The translations under genes were made by a program, and so were the position numbers. From positions 1 through 45,341 of the forward strand of contig CANPVK010000002.1 in NCBI GenBank assembly GCA_947581715.1: a stretch of DNA of 45,341 nt, given 5' to 3'. Positions 16,287 through 25,545 of the stretch are shown piece after piece; the stretch's first letter is position 1, and every line of letters begins with the position of its first letter. This stretch comes from an uncultured Bacilli bacterium (GTDB taxonomy: Bacteria > Bacillota_I > Bacilli_A > RF39 > UBA660). Below the pieces are notes generated by a model. That model saw only the letters and a list, made by a program, of their open reading frames with translations. It made no database searches and was not told the DNA's origin.

Positions 16287-16603
16287 TGAATGAATTAGTA
16301 AAAGTAGAAGATGGAAAAATTTTAGTATCACAAGAATTTACAAGTGAATATGCAAAATTTCAAAGTATGGTTTTGGATATGGATTTAAAGTTAAAAGAAG
16401 TAAAAGAAGGATTAAAAAAAGCAATGGAAGAGCATAATATTCTAACTTATGAAGATGATTTTATCAAAGCTATTTATAAAAAAGAAAGTACAAGAACCAC
16501 AATCGATAGTAAAAGATTAAAAGAAGAATTACCAGATATTGCAGAAGAATATTCTAAAACTACACCAGTTTCTAGTTCTGTTAGTGTAGAAGTCAAATGC
16601 TAG
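16286..16603 (+). CDS. Hypothetical protein of the recombination module
   Basis: Start overlaps the upstream stop (TAATG). No motif recognised. Confidence 0.55.
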   Translation: MNELVKVEDGKILVSQEFTSEYAKFQSMVLDMDLKLKEVKEGLKKAMEEHNILTYEDDFIKAIYKKESTRTTIDSKRLKEELPDIAEEYSKTTPVSSSVSVEVKC

Positions 16604-17208
16604 AGTTTATAGATGAAGAACATTTGTATTTACTAGATGGAATAATTATTCCAAGTGTAAGTGAAATATTGCGTTTCATCTTTCCAGACAAATATAAAAA
16701 TATACCAGAATTAATTTTAGAAGAAAAAGCAGAGTATGGAACAGTTATTCATAAAGCAATAGAAATGTATGAAATTAATTTAAAGGTTATGGGGCAAGAA
16801 GAGGCATTCGAAACGATTACACTTGTCCTAAATCTTAATTATATTCAAATAGCAAGTTTAAATCAGTATATAAAATTAAAACAACAATATAATTTGCAAG
16901 TTATTAATCAAGAAGAAATGATACATTATGAAGATAAATATGCAGGAAGATTTGACATGATAGCTTTTATAAATGGTAGTTACTCATTATGTGATATAAA
17001 AACAACAACTGAGTTAGATGCTGAGTATCTATCGTGGCAATTAAGTTTATATGCTTATGCTTTTGACAATTTAAACATCGGCAATCATTTTGAAACGTTA
17101 TATGCAATTTGGTTGCCCAAAAAAGATTTGGGACAAATAGTAGAAATTGAAAGAAAAAGTGAAGAACAAATTTTAAAAATGTTAGAAGATTATAAAAATA
17201 GGAGATAA
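16597..17208 (+). CDS. PD-(D/E)XK (RecB/Cas4-like) exonuclease
   Basis: IPSVSEIL, GTVIHKAIE, GRFDMIA...CDIKTT (D...D-x-K) and WQLSLYAYA motifs. Confidence 0.65.
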   Translation: MLEFIDEEHLYLLDGIIIPSVSEILRFIFPDKYKNIPELILEEKAEYGTVIHKAIEMYEINLKVMGQEEAFETITLVLNLNYIQIASLNQYIKLKQQYNLQVINQEEMIHYEDKYAGRFDMIAFINGSYSLCDIKTTTELDAEYLSWQLSLYAYAFDNLNIGNHFETLYAIWLPKKDLGQIVEIERKSEEQILKMLEDYKNRR

Positions 17209-17211
17209 ACA

Positions 17212-17640
17212 ATGAATATAGTAATTTTAATTGGAAATATAAGTACAGACATTCAGCTAAGATACACATCATCAAATATGGCGGTAGCTACATTTAATCT
17301 AGCAGTAAATAGACCTAAAAAACCTGATGGAACACAAGAAGCAGATTTTATCAGTATCGTAGTTTGGGGTAAGCAAGCAGAAAATATTAGTAAGTATCTC
17401 AAGAAAGGTTCTAAAATTGCCATAGAGGGTAGAATTCAAGTAAGGAGCTATGAAAACAACAATGGTCAAAAGAGATATGTAACAGAAGTAGTAGCAGAAA
17501 ATGTACAATTTTTAGGCAGTAGAAAAGAAGGACAAGCTTCTAATAATGAAGAACCTACACCACAATCTAATCCTTATCAAGAAATGGGAGAACAAGTAAA
17601 AGCAGATTTTAGTTATGATGAAGATGATATGCCATTTTAG
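17212..17640 (+). CDS. ssb: Single-stranded DNA-binding protein
   Basis: OB-fold pattern NIVILIGNISTDIQLRYTSSNMAVATFNLAVNR...DFISIVVWGKQAEN. Acidic C-terminal tail DEDDMPF. Confidence 0.9.
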   Translation: MNIVILIGNISTDIQLRYTSSNMAVATFNLAVNRPKKPDGTQEADFISIVVWGKQAENISKYLKKGSKIAIEGRIQVRSYENNNGQKRYVTEVVAENVQFLGSRKEGQASNNEEPTPQSNPYQEMGEQVKADFSYDEDDMPF

Positions 17641-17649
17641 GAGAAGAAT

Positions 17650-17976
17650 ATGAAACTAATGTATAATCCAAATATTTTAAATGAAGGAAACCAAATGGAA
17701 ATTTTAGAATACAACAGCGATGAAATGGAAATGATAGTTCGTTGTAACAATTGTGGAAAGCCTACAAAATATGGGCAAACGAGAATGTGCTCTGGCTTCG
17801 TAGGCTGTGATAATAAAATTGTAGTTGATGGAAAAGAAATAGAATGCTATTTTGATGATTTAATGCCTAGAGTTAGAAAATACCATGATAGTAGTGATCC
17901 GGCATTATATGAATTATATAGGCAAGGAAAAGTGTACCGTTGGAGAGATGGAGCAGATGGAGGAATCGATGAATAG
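17650..17976 (+). CDS. Hypothetical Cys-containing protein
   Basis: AGGAGAAG SD. CNNCG...C..FVGC motif. Confidence 0.55.
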   Translation: MKLMYNPNILNEGNQMEILEYNSDEMEMIVRCNNCGKPTKYGQTRMCSGFVGCDNKIVVDGKEIECYFDDLMPRVRKYHDSSDPALYELYRQGKVYRWRDGADGGIDE

Positions 17977-18382
17977 AATTATGGAAATGAAAGAAATGAA
18001 ATATTTAAGCAAAGCTACTTGCCAAACATTAATGAATGGAACATATAAAGGATTTGAGTTTAGAATTTTAAATCTAGGAACACATCCAACAGCATACATT
18101 AGAATTCCTGAAGATCATAAATATTTTATGCAAGGTTATAGCTCTATAGATTTAAATGTTCATGGTGGAACAACTTATTCAAAAAATTATCTTTATATTG
18201 AAGATAGACAACTAGATGGTTGGTGGATAGGCTGGGATTATGCACATTATGGAGATTATATTGGAGATATAAAAAGACTTCCTTTTGAATTTAGAATTGG
18301 TCGAAAAAAATGGACAACTGCTGAAATTTTTGAAGAAGTAAAGGAAGCAATTGAACAATTAATCGAGGTTCAAAATGCTTAG
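17969..18382 (+). CDS. Hypothetical protein
   Basis: ATG 17969 after GGAGG, with an ATGA overlap with the upstream stop, preferred over 17885. Confidence 0.55.
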   Translation: MNRIMEMKEMKYLSKATCQTLMNGTYKGFEFRILNLGTHPTAYIRIPEDHKYFMQGYSSIDLNVHGGTTYSKNYLYIEDRQLDGWWIGWDYAHYGDYIGDIKRLPFEFRIGRKKWTTAEIFEEVKEAIEQLIEVQNA

Positions 18383-18833
18383 TTTTACAGGAAAAATAGT
18401 AGATATAAAAAGAAAACTATTTCAATTAGATGAAAATAAAACTTATGATGTAGAAATTAAAGAACATAGAGAAAAAAGAAGTTTAAATGCCAATTCTTAT
18501 CTTTGGCTTCTCATTTCAGAGATAGCAAGTGTATTAAATTCAGATAAAGATAGTGTGTACTTGATTATGTTAAAGAGATATGGAGTTAGTAATCTAATTC
18601 CTATCTCTAATGAAGTACCGATAAACGATTATTTTAAATATTATGAAGTTGAATCTAAAAATGAAAAATATACCTGGTATAAAGTCTATAAAGGTAGCAG
18701 CCAATATGATACTAAAGAGATGTCTATTTTATTAAATGGAGTAGTTTCTGAATGCAAGGAACTAGAAATACCTACCAAAGAAGATTTAGAAATACAAAGA
18801 ATAATTGAGGAGTGGGAAAAAGAGAATGATTGA
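18375..18833 (+). CDS. Hypothetical protein, possibly NinB/Orf-like
   Basis: REKRSLNANSYLWLLISEIA resembles the RSLDQN..LW motif of lambda NinB-type proteins. Weak by-eye call. Confidence 0.3.
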   Translation: MLSFTGKIVDIKRKLFQLDENKTYDVEIKEHREKRSLNANSYLWLLISEIASVLNSDKDSVYLIMLKRYGVSNLIPISNEVPINDYFKYYEVESKNEKYTWYKVYKGSSQYDTKEMSILLNGVVSECKELEIPTKEDLEIQRIIEEWEKEND

Positions 18834-19191
18834 AGAATATTTGAATACTGAAAGTTTTACAACCAGAAAAGAATTAGTAGCTAAAACAGGATTATGTGAT
18901 CGTGAAATTAGAAATAGAATTAGTAATTTAAAACTTGAAAAACCAGTTATTTATAATAGTCAAACTAAAGGTTATAGATTAGCTAAAGACTTATCTAAAT
19001 TATCAAGAGAAGAAGTTATTAAAGAATTATTAGAAGCTAAACATTCTAGAGCAGATATTATAGCTAGAATAGAGGCACTTCAAAGTCAAGTAAAAACATA
19101 TGATGATTATCTAAAGGATGGAGAAACTATTTTATTCAGAAAGACTAATGAGGAATTATATGGCAGAGGATGTAATAGTAGAGTTAACTAG
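18826..19191 (+). CDS. Hypothetical protein, possible winged-helix
   Basis: ATG 18826 overlaps the upstream stop. FTTRKELVAKTGLCDREIRNRISNLK pattern. Confidence 0.4.
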   Translation: MIEEYLNTESFTTRKELVAKTGLCDREIRNRISNLKLEKPVIYNSQTKGYRLAKDLSKLSREEVIKELLEAKHSRADIIARIEALQSQVKTYDDYLKDGETILFRKTNEELYGRGCNSRVN

Positions 19192-19312
19192 AATTTTAAT
19201 TAAAGAAGATTTTGAAAACAAAGGTAATCAGGAAAAATTTATCATTACTAAAAAGCAGTTATTAAGTTTTTGTATAAAGTTAATGAAATTGATAAAGAAA
19301 TTTGAAAATTAA
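19160..19312 (+). CDS. Small hypothetical protein
   Basis: ATG 19160 after GAGGA. Co-directional. Confidence 0.4.
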   Translation: MAEDVIVELTRILIKEDFENKGNQEKFIITKKQLLSFCIKLMKLIKKFEN

Positions 19313-19323
19313 TGGAGATTTTT

Positions 19324-19530
19324 ATGGAAAATGTAGATAAAAAAGAAGAAAAAAGATGGTGCTATTCTTGTGGGGAAACCAAACCATTAATACCAAAATA
19401 TTGGGCATGGGCAAATAAAGAACATACTAGGTTTAGAACTAAATGTAGAGAATGTACTAATTATGATAGCAAGTTATCTCATGCAATATCTAGGGCAAGA
19501 AAAAAGGATGAAGAATGTAAATATGGATAA
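19324..19530 (+). CDS. Small Cys4 zinc-finger-like protein
   Basis: CYSCG...CRECTNY motif. ATG 19324 after GGAGA (an alternative ATG lies at 19312). Confidence 0.5.
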   Translation: MENVDKKEEKRWCYSCGETKPLIPKYWAWANKEHTRFRTKCRECTNYDSKLSHAISRARKKDEECKYG

Positions 19531-19565
19531 TGGAATTACAACAAAAGAGATAAAGGAGAATGAAA

Positions 19566-20006
19566 ATGAAATTAAAAGATTTAGGTTATAAAGAAACGCC
19601 AAGAATTGATGAATCTGTAGAAGGTATGTATGTTAGGACTAAAGATGGAATCAAATATGTTTATGAAATGTATGATGATGAAGAAAAACGGAAATATGTG
19701 TATAAAATAAAGCAACAAGATGGAACTTATGATTTAGGTGTGCTATGTGATGATGACATCATTGGAAAACCAAGTTATTATCCAATAGATTTAATTGAAG
19801 TAGGAGATTATGTTAATGGGTATAAAGTAATTGGTTTTGATGAAACTTACTTTAATGGTACAGATAGAATAAAAGAACCAAAGAGAATTGAAATTATAAT
19901 TGATAACATCAAATTTGAATTTGAAAATCATATTAAAAAAGAAGATATTAAAACAATTTTAACCAAAGAACAATTTGAAAACAATTGTTATAAGATAGGA
20001 GATTAG
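19566..20006 (+). CDS. Hypothetical protein
   Basis: AAGGAG SD; ATG at 19566 (or 19560). Ends with the IGD-stop junction motif. Confidence 0.55.
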   Translation: MKLKDLGYKETPRIDESVEGMYVRTKDGIKYVYEMYDDEEKRKYVYKIKQQDGTYDLGVLCDDDIIGKPSYYPIDLIEVGDYVNGYKVIGFDETYFNGTDRIKEPKRIEIIIDNIKFEFENHIKKEDIKTILTKEQFENNCYKIGD

Positions 20007-20009
20007 AAT

Positions 20010-20234
20010 ATGTGGTTTGATGATGCTAATATTCAAATAGTTGGATATGACAGTAATGATTTAGATTTATCTAGTAAAATGCAATTAGATGAAATTGTAA
20101 CTAAATTTAATGAAAGTATGAGGTATAAAAATATCATAAAAAGACAACAAAGAGAGATAAATAAGTTAAATATTAAATTGCTTGAAGAAAAATTGAAAAA
20201 TATGAAAAATGAATTTAATAAGGTAGGAGATTAG
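20010..20234 (+). CDS. Hypothetical protein
   Basis: TAGGAGAT junction SD. Ends VGD-stop. Confidence 0.5.
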   Translation: MWFDDANIQIVGYDSNDLDLSSKMQLDEIVTKFNESMRYKNIIKRQQREINKLNIKLLEEKLKNMKNEFNKVGD

Positions 20235-20236
20235 AT

Positions 20237-20413
20237 ATGAAAGCTAAATACAAAGATTATACAATTGTACAAGCTAGTAATAATCATATTGCAATTTTTA
20301 GAAATAATAAGCAAATTTATCATTCTTCATTTTCAAAAAAATTAAATTATGAACAATTATTGAATCATTTAATAACTTTTTTAAAAATTTTTAGTGTGTT
20401 AGGAGATGAATAA
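20237..20413 (+). CDS. Small hypothetical protein (58 aa, below the ORF-track cutoff)
   Basis: TAGGAGAT junction SD. Translation MKAKYKDYTIVQASNNHIAIFRNNKQ... ends LGDE-stop. Confidence 0.4.
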   Translation: MKAKYKDYTIVQASNNHIAIFRNNKQIYHSSFSKKLNYEQLLNHLITFLKIFSVLGDE

Positions 20414-20414
20414 T

Positions 20415-20627
20415 ATGAAAGAAGAAAAAATGAAAATATATATCGTCGAAGGTAACAATGGTGAAATGTATGAGAACTATTATGAATGGATAGAATCAGT
20501 TTATTTGTCAAAAGAAGAAGCAAAAAAGGAAGTTAAAAGGTTAAATAAAAAAGCAAAAGAAGATTATAGGAAAAATGGTTGTTATGAATTATGTAAATAC
20601 GAAATAAAAGAATATGACATTAAATAG
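20415..20627 (+). CDS. Hypothetical protein
   Basis: TAGGAGAT junction SD. ATG 20415 preferred over 20406. Confidence 0.5.
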   Translation: MKEEKMKIYIVEGNNGEMYENYYEWIESVYLSKEEAKKEVKRLNKKAKEDYRKNGCYELCKYEIKEYDIK

Positions 20628-20655
20628 AAAACTTTTAGTTAGGAGATGAAAAAAT

Positions 20656-21054
20656 ATGGAAATAACAGTATATGAATTAGTAGGACTTATTAAAGATGGA
20701 AAAGCACCTAAAAATATTGAATATAATCTTCATAAATGGATATGGGATAGTAATTATGATGAATATTTTAGCGCTACAGATAGTAGTTATGGTTTATTTC
20801 AAAATGAATTAAATGGCATATTACCTAAATCATTAAATGACAAAGTTGAAATTCTACCAGAAGAAAATGATGGGTGGGAAGATATAGAAGAATTTGAAAT
20901 AGTAGGTTGTAATGTAAAAATAAAAATAGGTGATAATGAAACCTTTATTCCAACCGAAAGTTTAATTATAGATTATGTATTAGCAAAAGTAAATCAGCTT
21001 ATCAAAAATCAAAAATACTTAAAAGAAAAGTTGGAGAGTAAAGATGTTTTATAA
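20656..21054 (+). CDS. Hypothetical protein
   Basis: TAGGAGAT junction SD. Confidence 0.55.
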   Translation: MEITVYELVGLIKDGKAPKNIEYNLHKWIWDSNYDEYFSATDSSYGLFQNELNGILPKSLNDKVEILPEENDGWEDIEEFEIVGCNVKIKIGDNETFIPTESLIIDYVLAKVNQLIKNQKYLKEKLESKDVL

Positions 21055-21301
21055 AGTTAAAGATGACATAAATTTAGAAGAACTTATCAAGTATGGTTAT
21101 GAATATGGCAAAACCGATATTATGCAACCTGCTTATATTAAAGAGTTAGAATATGGAGATTATATTGCGATTTATCCTGATAATAGAAAAATTTGCGTTT
21201 ATGTAGAAGACTTTTGCGGAAATAGTTGGAGTAAGTTTGTAGATGATTTATTACAAGATTTAAAAGAAGCAAATTTAATAGAAAAGTTGGAGGAAAAGTA
21301 A
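21044..21301 (+). CDS. Hypothetical protein
   Basis: GGAGAG SD. Overlaps the upstream gene end. Confidence 0.55.
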   Translation: MFYKVKDDINLEELIKYGYEYGKTDIMQPAYIKELEYGDYIAIYPDNRKICVYVEDFCGNSWSKFVDDLLQDLKEANLIEKLEEK

Positions 21302-21343
21302 AATGGATAATATTTATAAATTTTTTAATAAAGGTGGTAAAGA

Positions 21344-21913
21344 ATGAATAGATATATAAAACATTTTATCACCATTTCAAGACACAAATATTACGTTATG
21401 AAATTTTGCTTTAAATGTGGAATATATAAAAGAGGTTTATTACATGATCTAAGTAAGTATGGGATTACAGAATTTATGAGTAGTGCAAAATATTTTCAAG
21501 GAAACAGAAGTCCTATTGATGCAGAAAAAGCAGAAACAGGCTATTCAATAGCTTGGCAGCATCATAAGGGACATAATCCACATCATTGGGAATATTGGAT
21601 TGATAATCTAGGAACATATGAAAACAAACCAATTAAAATTCCATATGAATATGTAGTGGAAATGATATGTGATTGGCTAGGAGCAGGAATTGTATATTCG
21701 AAAAATAAACCAGATTACGATAAACCTTATAGTGAACCTTTAGAATATTATAATAAATTTAAAAAAGAAAGACTTCTACATAAAGAAACTCAAAATCTTA
21801 TAGAATATTTTTTAAATGTTATTGATAAAAAAGGAATTAATGAATTCTGCAGACAAAGTAAAGACTTATATGTAATACCAGTTGCAGAATATCAAGGCAT
21901 ATATATTCCATAA
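21344..21913 (+). CDS. Hypothetical His-rich protein (DUF5662-like by recollection)
   Basis: LLHDLSKY...AWQHHKGHNPHHWEYW motif. AAAGGTGG junction SD. Confidence 0.4.
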   Translation: MNRYIKHFITISRHKYYVMKFCFKCGIYKRGLLHDLSKYGITEFMSSAKYFQGNRSPIDAEKAETGYSIAWQHHKGHNPHHWEYWIDNLGTYENKPIKIPYEYVVEMICDWLGAGIVYSKNKPDYDKPYSEPLEYYNKFKKERLLHKETQNLIEYFLNVIDKKGINEFCRQSKDLYVIPVAEYQGIYIP

Positions 21914-21975
21914 AAAATTAGGAAAAATTTACTAGATGGATAACAAATCAAATCTGAATATACTGTATATATCCA

Positions 21976-22194
21976 ATGAAAGGAGAATTTTCAAATTTGA
22001 AAGAAAAGTTAATACAAATATGTGATATTAGATTAGAAATTAATGATTTAAAAATAGAAAATAAAAAAATGAATGATTATATTAAAAATATAGAAAAAAA
22101 TATAAAGAAAGATATTAAAACAAAATATAAAGAAAAAATAAATAATTTGAAAGGTGAAATCAAAAAAGAAGATATATTAAAACTATTTAAATAG
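21976..22194 (+). CDS. Hypothetical Lys-rich coiled-coil protein
   Basis: No SD before ATG 21976. The in-frame TTG 21997 follows AAAGGAG, so the start is uncertain. Confidence 0.45.
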   Translation: MKGEFSNLKEKLIQICDIRLEINDLKIENKKMNDYIKNIEKNIKKDIKTKYKEKINNLKGEIKKEDILKLFK

Positions 22195-22215
22195 AAAAAT
22201 TGGAGGAAAAATAAA

Positions 22216-22320
22216 ATGGAAATAATAATTATAATTGCTACAGCTTTTATTGTTACTGGTTTAGATCATATAGACAATTCTATAAATGAACTGAAAAAAA
22301 CTATAGAAAGGAAGAAATAA
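22216..22320 (+). CDS. Mini membrane protein (34 aa)
   Basis: TGGAGGAAAA SD. Translation MEIIIIIATAFIVTGLDH... Confidence 0.3.
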   Translation: MEIIIIIATAFIVTGLDHIDNSINELKKTIERKK

Positions 22321-22321
22321 A

Positions 22322-22531
22322 ATGAAAGAAAAATATCCAAAAAGAATGTTTTTTGAAAATTATGAATATATACCGAAACAACCTTTAATTAAATTTTTGG
22401 AAAATAACATAAAAAATCAAAATAAATTAGTAAAAGAGCCTATAAATGATGATGATTATAGATACCAAATAGCAAAATGTATAGCATTTCAAGAAGTCCT
22501 AGATTTTGTCAACAAAGGAGGTAAAGAATGA
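22322..22531 (+). CDS. Hypothetical protein
   Basis: AGGAAG SD. Ends with the FVNKGGKE-stop junction. Confidence 0.5.
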   Translation: MKEKYPKRMFFENYEYIPKQPLIKFLENNIKNQNKLVKEPINDDDYRYQIAKCIAFQEVLDFVNKGGKE

Positions 22532-22725
22532 ATTGTTTAATTGTTGTAATTTTAATCATTTCTATTTGTTCGTTATTTAGTTTAGTAATTTATAAATTGA
22601 ATGATATAGACGAAGAAATTAAAAAACAAAATGAATATTGGAAAAATTTAGATAAACATTTTGATAAAACTGTTAATTTCTGGATAAATATTCTTGATTA
22701 TATTAATAAAGGTGGTAGAGAATGA
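22528..22725 (+). CDS. Small membrane protein
   Basis: N-terminal TM helix LIVVILIISICSLFSLVIY. Ends with the YINKGGRE-stop junction. Confidence 0.5.
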   Translation: MNCLIVVILIISICSLFSLVIYKLNDIDEEIKKQNEYWKNLDKHFDKTVNFWINILDYINKGGRE

Positions 22726-22991
22726 ACGGTAAATTATATATTCAAAATGAAGATGGAGAGTATGAAGAACTTGGAACAACTAGTGAATTAGCATTAGAAC
22801 CAACTGAAATTAAAGAGGATGCTTTTACTAAAGCCGTTCGTATAGGTTGGAATACTAGCGATACTTTTATCATTAAACCAACTTATAAAGAATGGTATAG
22901 AAAGAAAAAAGGGAAAAGATATGTTTTGTATTCTAAAACAAGATATGGTATTGACCCTAAAATACTTAGATTATTAGTAGGAGGTAAATAA
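22722..22991 (+). CDS. Hypothetical protein
   Basis: ATGA overlap. AAAGGTGG SD. Confidence 0.5.
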   Translation: MNGKLYIQNEDGEYEELGTTSELALEPTEIKEDAFTKAVRIGWNTSDTFIIKPTYKEWYRKKKGKRYVLYSKTRYGIDPKILRLLVGGK

Positions 22992-23179
22992 TGACTAAAG
23001 AAGAATTATTAGAGATATTTGATTGGTTAGAAGAAAATGCTAATCAAAATAAATTACTATATTTTAAACTTTTAGATGAAAATCAAATAGGAGGATACTT
23101 CAAAATCGATAATAGCCATTTTGCAGATTTTTATATAAAGCCTATTCTGAAAATTATGAGGGGTAATAAAGATGAATAA
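22991..23179 (+). CDS. Hypothetical protein
   Basis: TAGGAGG SD. TAATG overlap. Confidence 0.5.
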   Translation: MTKEELLEIFDWLEENANQNKLLYFKLLDENQIGGYFKIDNSHFADFYIKPILKIMRGNKDE

Positions 23180-23924
23180 AGAAAAAGATATGTCTAAAGA
23201 GGCATTTAATGAAACAATTGATAACTTCGAAGTTTTTGGAAAGTTAACTTTATGGGGAAGAAAAAATATTAAATATCATGTTAAAAAGTTACAAGAAGAA
23301 AACGATAGTTTAAAAAAGATATTAGATACTATGGGTTTGGATGCAAATAAAATATTATATTTAGAAAAAGAAAATAAAGAATTGAAAGAAACTTTAAAAG
23401 GAACAACTCATTGTTTCGATGAAGAAGAACACCAAAGATTAATAAAAGAAAACGAAGAACTAAAAAAAAAATTATGTAAAAAACAAAATGTAAATAATCT
23501 ATTTTATAGGCAAGATTTAAACAATCCATTTGATAAATTAAAATATGAAAATACTAAAATGATGGACAATAGCAATTTTAAATACGACGATGTTGTAACT
23601 GATAAGGTTAAAAATATTATAGAAGAAAATAAAGAATTAAAGAAAACAAATGCTTCTTTACAAAATTCTTTATCGTTAAGTAGACAAAAATACAACAATG
23701 ATAAGGCTAGATATAGAAGAAAATATAAAAGTGAGCGTAGAGTTTTAACTGAGTTTGAAAAGTGGCTTGAAGAAAAAAAGCTACAAAAAGAAATACCACA
23801 ACATTCTAATAGTTTATTTGTGCAAGCAAATCTAAATTATTGTCCTTGTGTATTAAATCAAAATAATAATACGTTTGATGAATGTTTAGATAAATTACAA
23901 GAATTGAAAGAAGGTAAGAAATAA
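23172..23924 (+). CDS. Hypothetical coiled-coil protein (250 aa)
   Basis: Heptad-rich K/E/L sequence. GAGGGG SD. Confidence 0.6.
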   Translation: MNKEKDMSKEAFNETIDNFEVFGKLTLWGRKNIKYHVKKLQEENDSLKKILDTMGLDANKILYLEKENKELKETLKGTTHCFDEEEHQRLIKENEELKKKLCKKQNVNNLFYRQDLNNPFDKLKYENTKMMDNSNFKYDDVVTDKVKNIIEENKELKKTNASLQNSLSLSRQKYNNDKARYRRKYKSERRVLTEFEKWLEEKKLQKEIPQHSNSLFVQANLNYCPCVLNQNNNTFDECLDKLQELKEGKK

Positions 23925-24244
23925 TGGGAACAAATTATTATGCTATAAAAAAGAAACCATCTTTATATAATCGAGAAATCCATATAGGAAAATCTAGCGC
24001 TGGCTGGTTATTCTTATTTCGCGATAATAATGAATTTCATACATATTCGCAATTTAAGAAGTGGTTAGAAAATAATGTAGATACTGGAGAGTATGTGTTG
24101 TTTAATGAATATGATGAAGAAGTAACAAAAGAATATTTACTAAATTTGATTGATAAGAAGCAAAAAGATAAACATTGTTTAGACAATCCTGACAATTTTG
24201 AAAATGCCAAGAACATAGATGGATATAGATTCACAGATAGATAA
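23924..24244 (+). CDS. Hypothetical protein
   Basis: TAATG overlap. GTNYYAI...HIGKSSAGW motif of unknown family. Confidence 0.55.
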   Translation: MGTNYYAIKKKPSLYNREIHIGKSSAGWLFLFRDNNEFHTYSQFKKWLENNVDTGEYVLFNEYDEEVTKEYLLNLIDKKQKDKHCLDNPDNFENAKNIDGYRFTDR

Positions 24245-24267
24245 TTTAGTTAAGGAGATGATGAATA

Positions 24268-24519
24268 ATGGTTTTTAAATATATAACACTAGAATCATTA
24301 GATTACGTATTGAAAGAAAAAAGTAAAAACTATTTAAGATATTTTAAACAAGCTTTTGCCGAAAATGTAGGAGACTGGGTAGAATTTGATTTAAAGAATA
24401 GAAGATTTAGATTGACTGCTGTTACTTGTCAAGGAAATAGACATTTTAGATATGGTAGTATTGAAGAATTAGAGGCTATATACAATAAATGTAAGGAGTT
24501 GAGATGGTTTGATGAATAA
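24268..24519 (+). CDS. Hypothetical protein
   Basis: TAAGGAG SD. Confidence 0.5.
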   Translation: MVFKYITLESLDYVLKEKSKNYLRYFKQAFAENVGDWVEFDLKNRRFRLTAVTCQGNRHFRYGSIEELEAIYNKCKELRWFDE

Positions 24520-24742
24520 AGAATATATAAATAAAATTAGTGATAAAGAATTAAGAGAATATGTATCATTAGAAATGCAAAAAAATGTTAATTACTGCTG
24601 CAAATGTGGAAAAAACACACCATTTAAAAATGAAAGAACAGGTTTAGGAAAATATGAAAATGGAATCTATATAAAGTTATGTAATTTATGTAATGATTGC
24701 TATTCAGATTTATTGGAATATTTAGAAGTAGGTGATGTATAG
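24509..24742 (+). CDS. Small zinc-finger-like protein
   Basis: CCKCG...CNLCNDC cysteine clusters. Confidence 0.5.
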   Translation: MMNKEYINKISDKELREYVSLEMQKNVNYCCKCGKNTPFKNERTGLGKYENGIYIKLCNLCNDCYSDLLEYLEVGDV

Positions 24743-25078
24743 ATGAATAAAGAAGAAATAGAAAAAATAAAAGAGACATTATCTAATTTTGAATATTTTG
24801 TTGATGACGACTTTGGAGGACATTATGAAAATATTGATTTTTCGCAAAAAGCATTAACACCAATTAGTATTTTATCAATAATTGAATATATTGAAGATTT
24901 ACAACACCAATTAGAAGAAAGAGATAAGAAATACGCAAAAATTAGAGATGAAATATATGATTATCTTGATAGTGATAGATTTTGTGAAAATTTTGAGAAT
25001 GTTTGTAGTGAGAAAAATGTTAGAGAACGTATATTTGAAATATTAGAAAGAGGTAAAAATGGAAAAAAAGTTAATTAA
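24743..25078 (+). CDS. Hypothetical protein
   Basis: Abuts the previous stop. AGGTGATG upstream. Confidence 0.5.
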   Translation: MNKEEIEKIKETLSNFEYFVDDDFGGHYENIDFSQKALTPISILSIIEYIEDLQHQLEERDKKYAKIRDEIYDYLDSDRFCENFENVCSEKNVRERIFEILERGKNGKKVN

Positions 25079-25256
25079 AATTTTAGAAGAAGTGAAAAGA
25101 CTAGATGTTCATTATCAAAGTCAAATAAAAAATAAACAAAATCAGATAGAAATATTAAAAGCAGAAATTGAACAATTATATGAAATTGTTGATTCTATTC
25201 AAAGGTTAGGCGAAATAATAGATATTGAATTAAATAAAACAGAGGAAGTGAAATAA
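25059..25256 (+). CDS. Hypothetical coiled-coil protein
   Basis: AGAGGTAAAA SD. Overlaps the upstream end. Confidence 0.45.
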   Translation: MEKKLIKILEEVKRLDVHYQSQIKNKQNQIEILKAEIEQLYEIVDSIQRLGEIIDIELNKTEEVK

Positions 25257-25257
25257 A

Positions 25258-25488
25258 ATGAAAATAAAAGAAGAAAAATGGAATGATTTTACAGAATTAT
25301 TTGAGTCAAGAGAAAAAGAAGATAGTAGATATTCTTCTGGTGAAGCTTTCTATTATTATGAAGAAAAAGGAAATACTTTTGGTATAAACAAAATGGATCA
25401 CACACTAAGTATAATTTCAAATAATAATAGGAATATTGAGTATTATGTAGATTTACTTGAAATTAAAGATTATGTAACAAATGATTAG
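25258..25488 (+). CDS. Hypothetical protein
   Basis: GAGGAAGTG SD. Confidence 0.5.
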   Translation: MKIKEEKWNDFTELFESREKEDSRYSSGEAFYYYEEKGNTFGINKMDHTLSIISNNNRNIEYYVDLLEIKDYVTND

Positions 25489-25545
25489 TATATATACCTT
25501 TGTAGATGATGATGAAATTTATTTTGAAGAGGAGCCTGATGAATA

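Noticed and set aside
21937-21975. ATATACTGTATAT palindrome with flanking TGGATA/TATCCA arms, containing a CTGTATAT string reminiscent of an E. coli-type SOS box
   Set aside because: Firmicutes LexA recognises CGAAC-N4-GTTCG, which is absent here. The element is only a half match to the proteobacterial box. More likely it is a weak internal promoter (TGGATA-16-TATACT) or a chance AT-rich palindrome.
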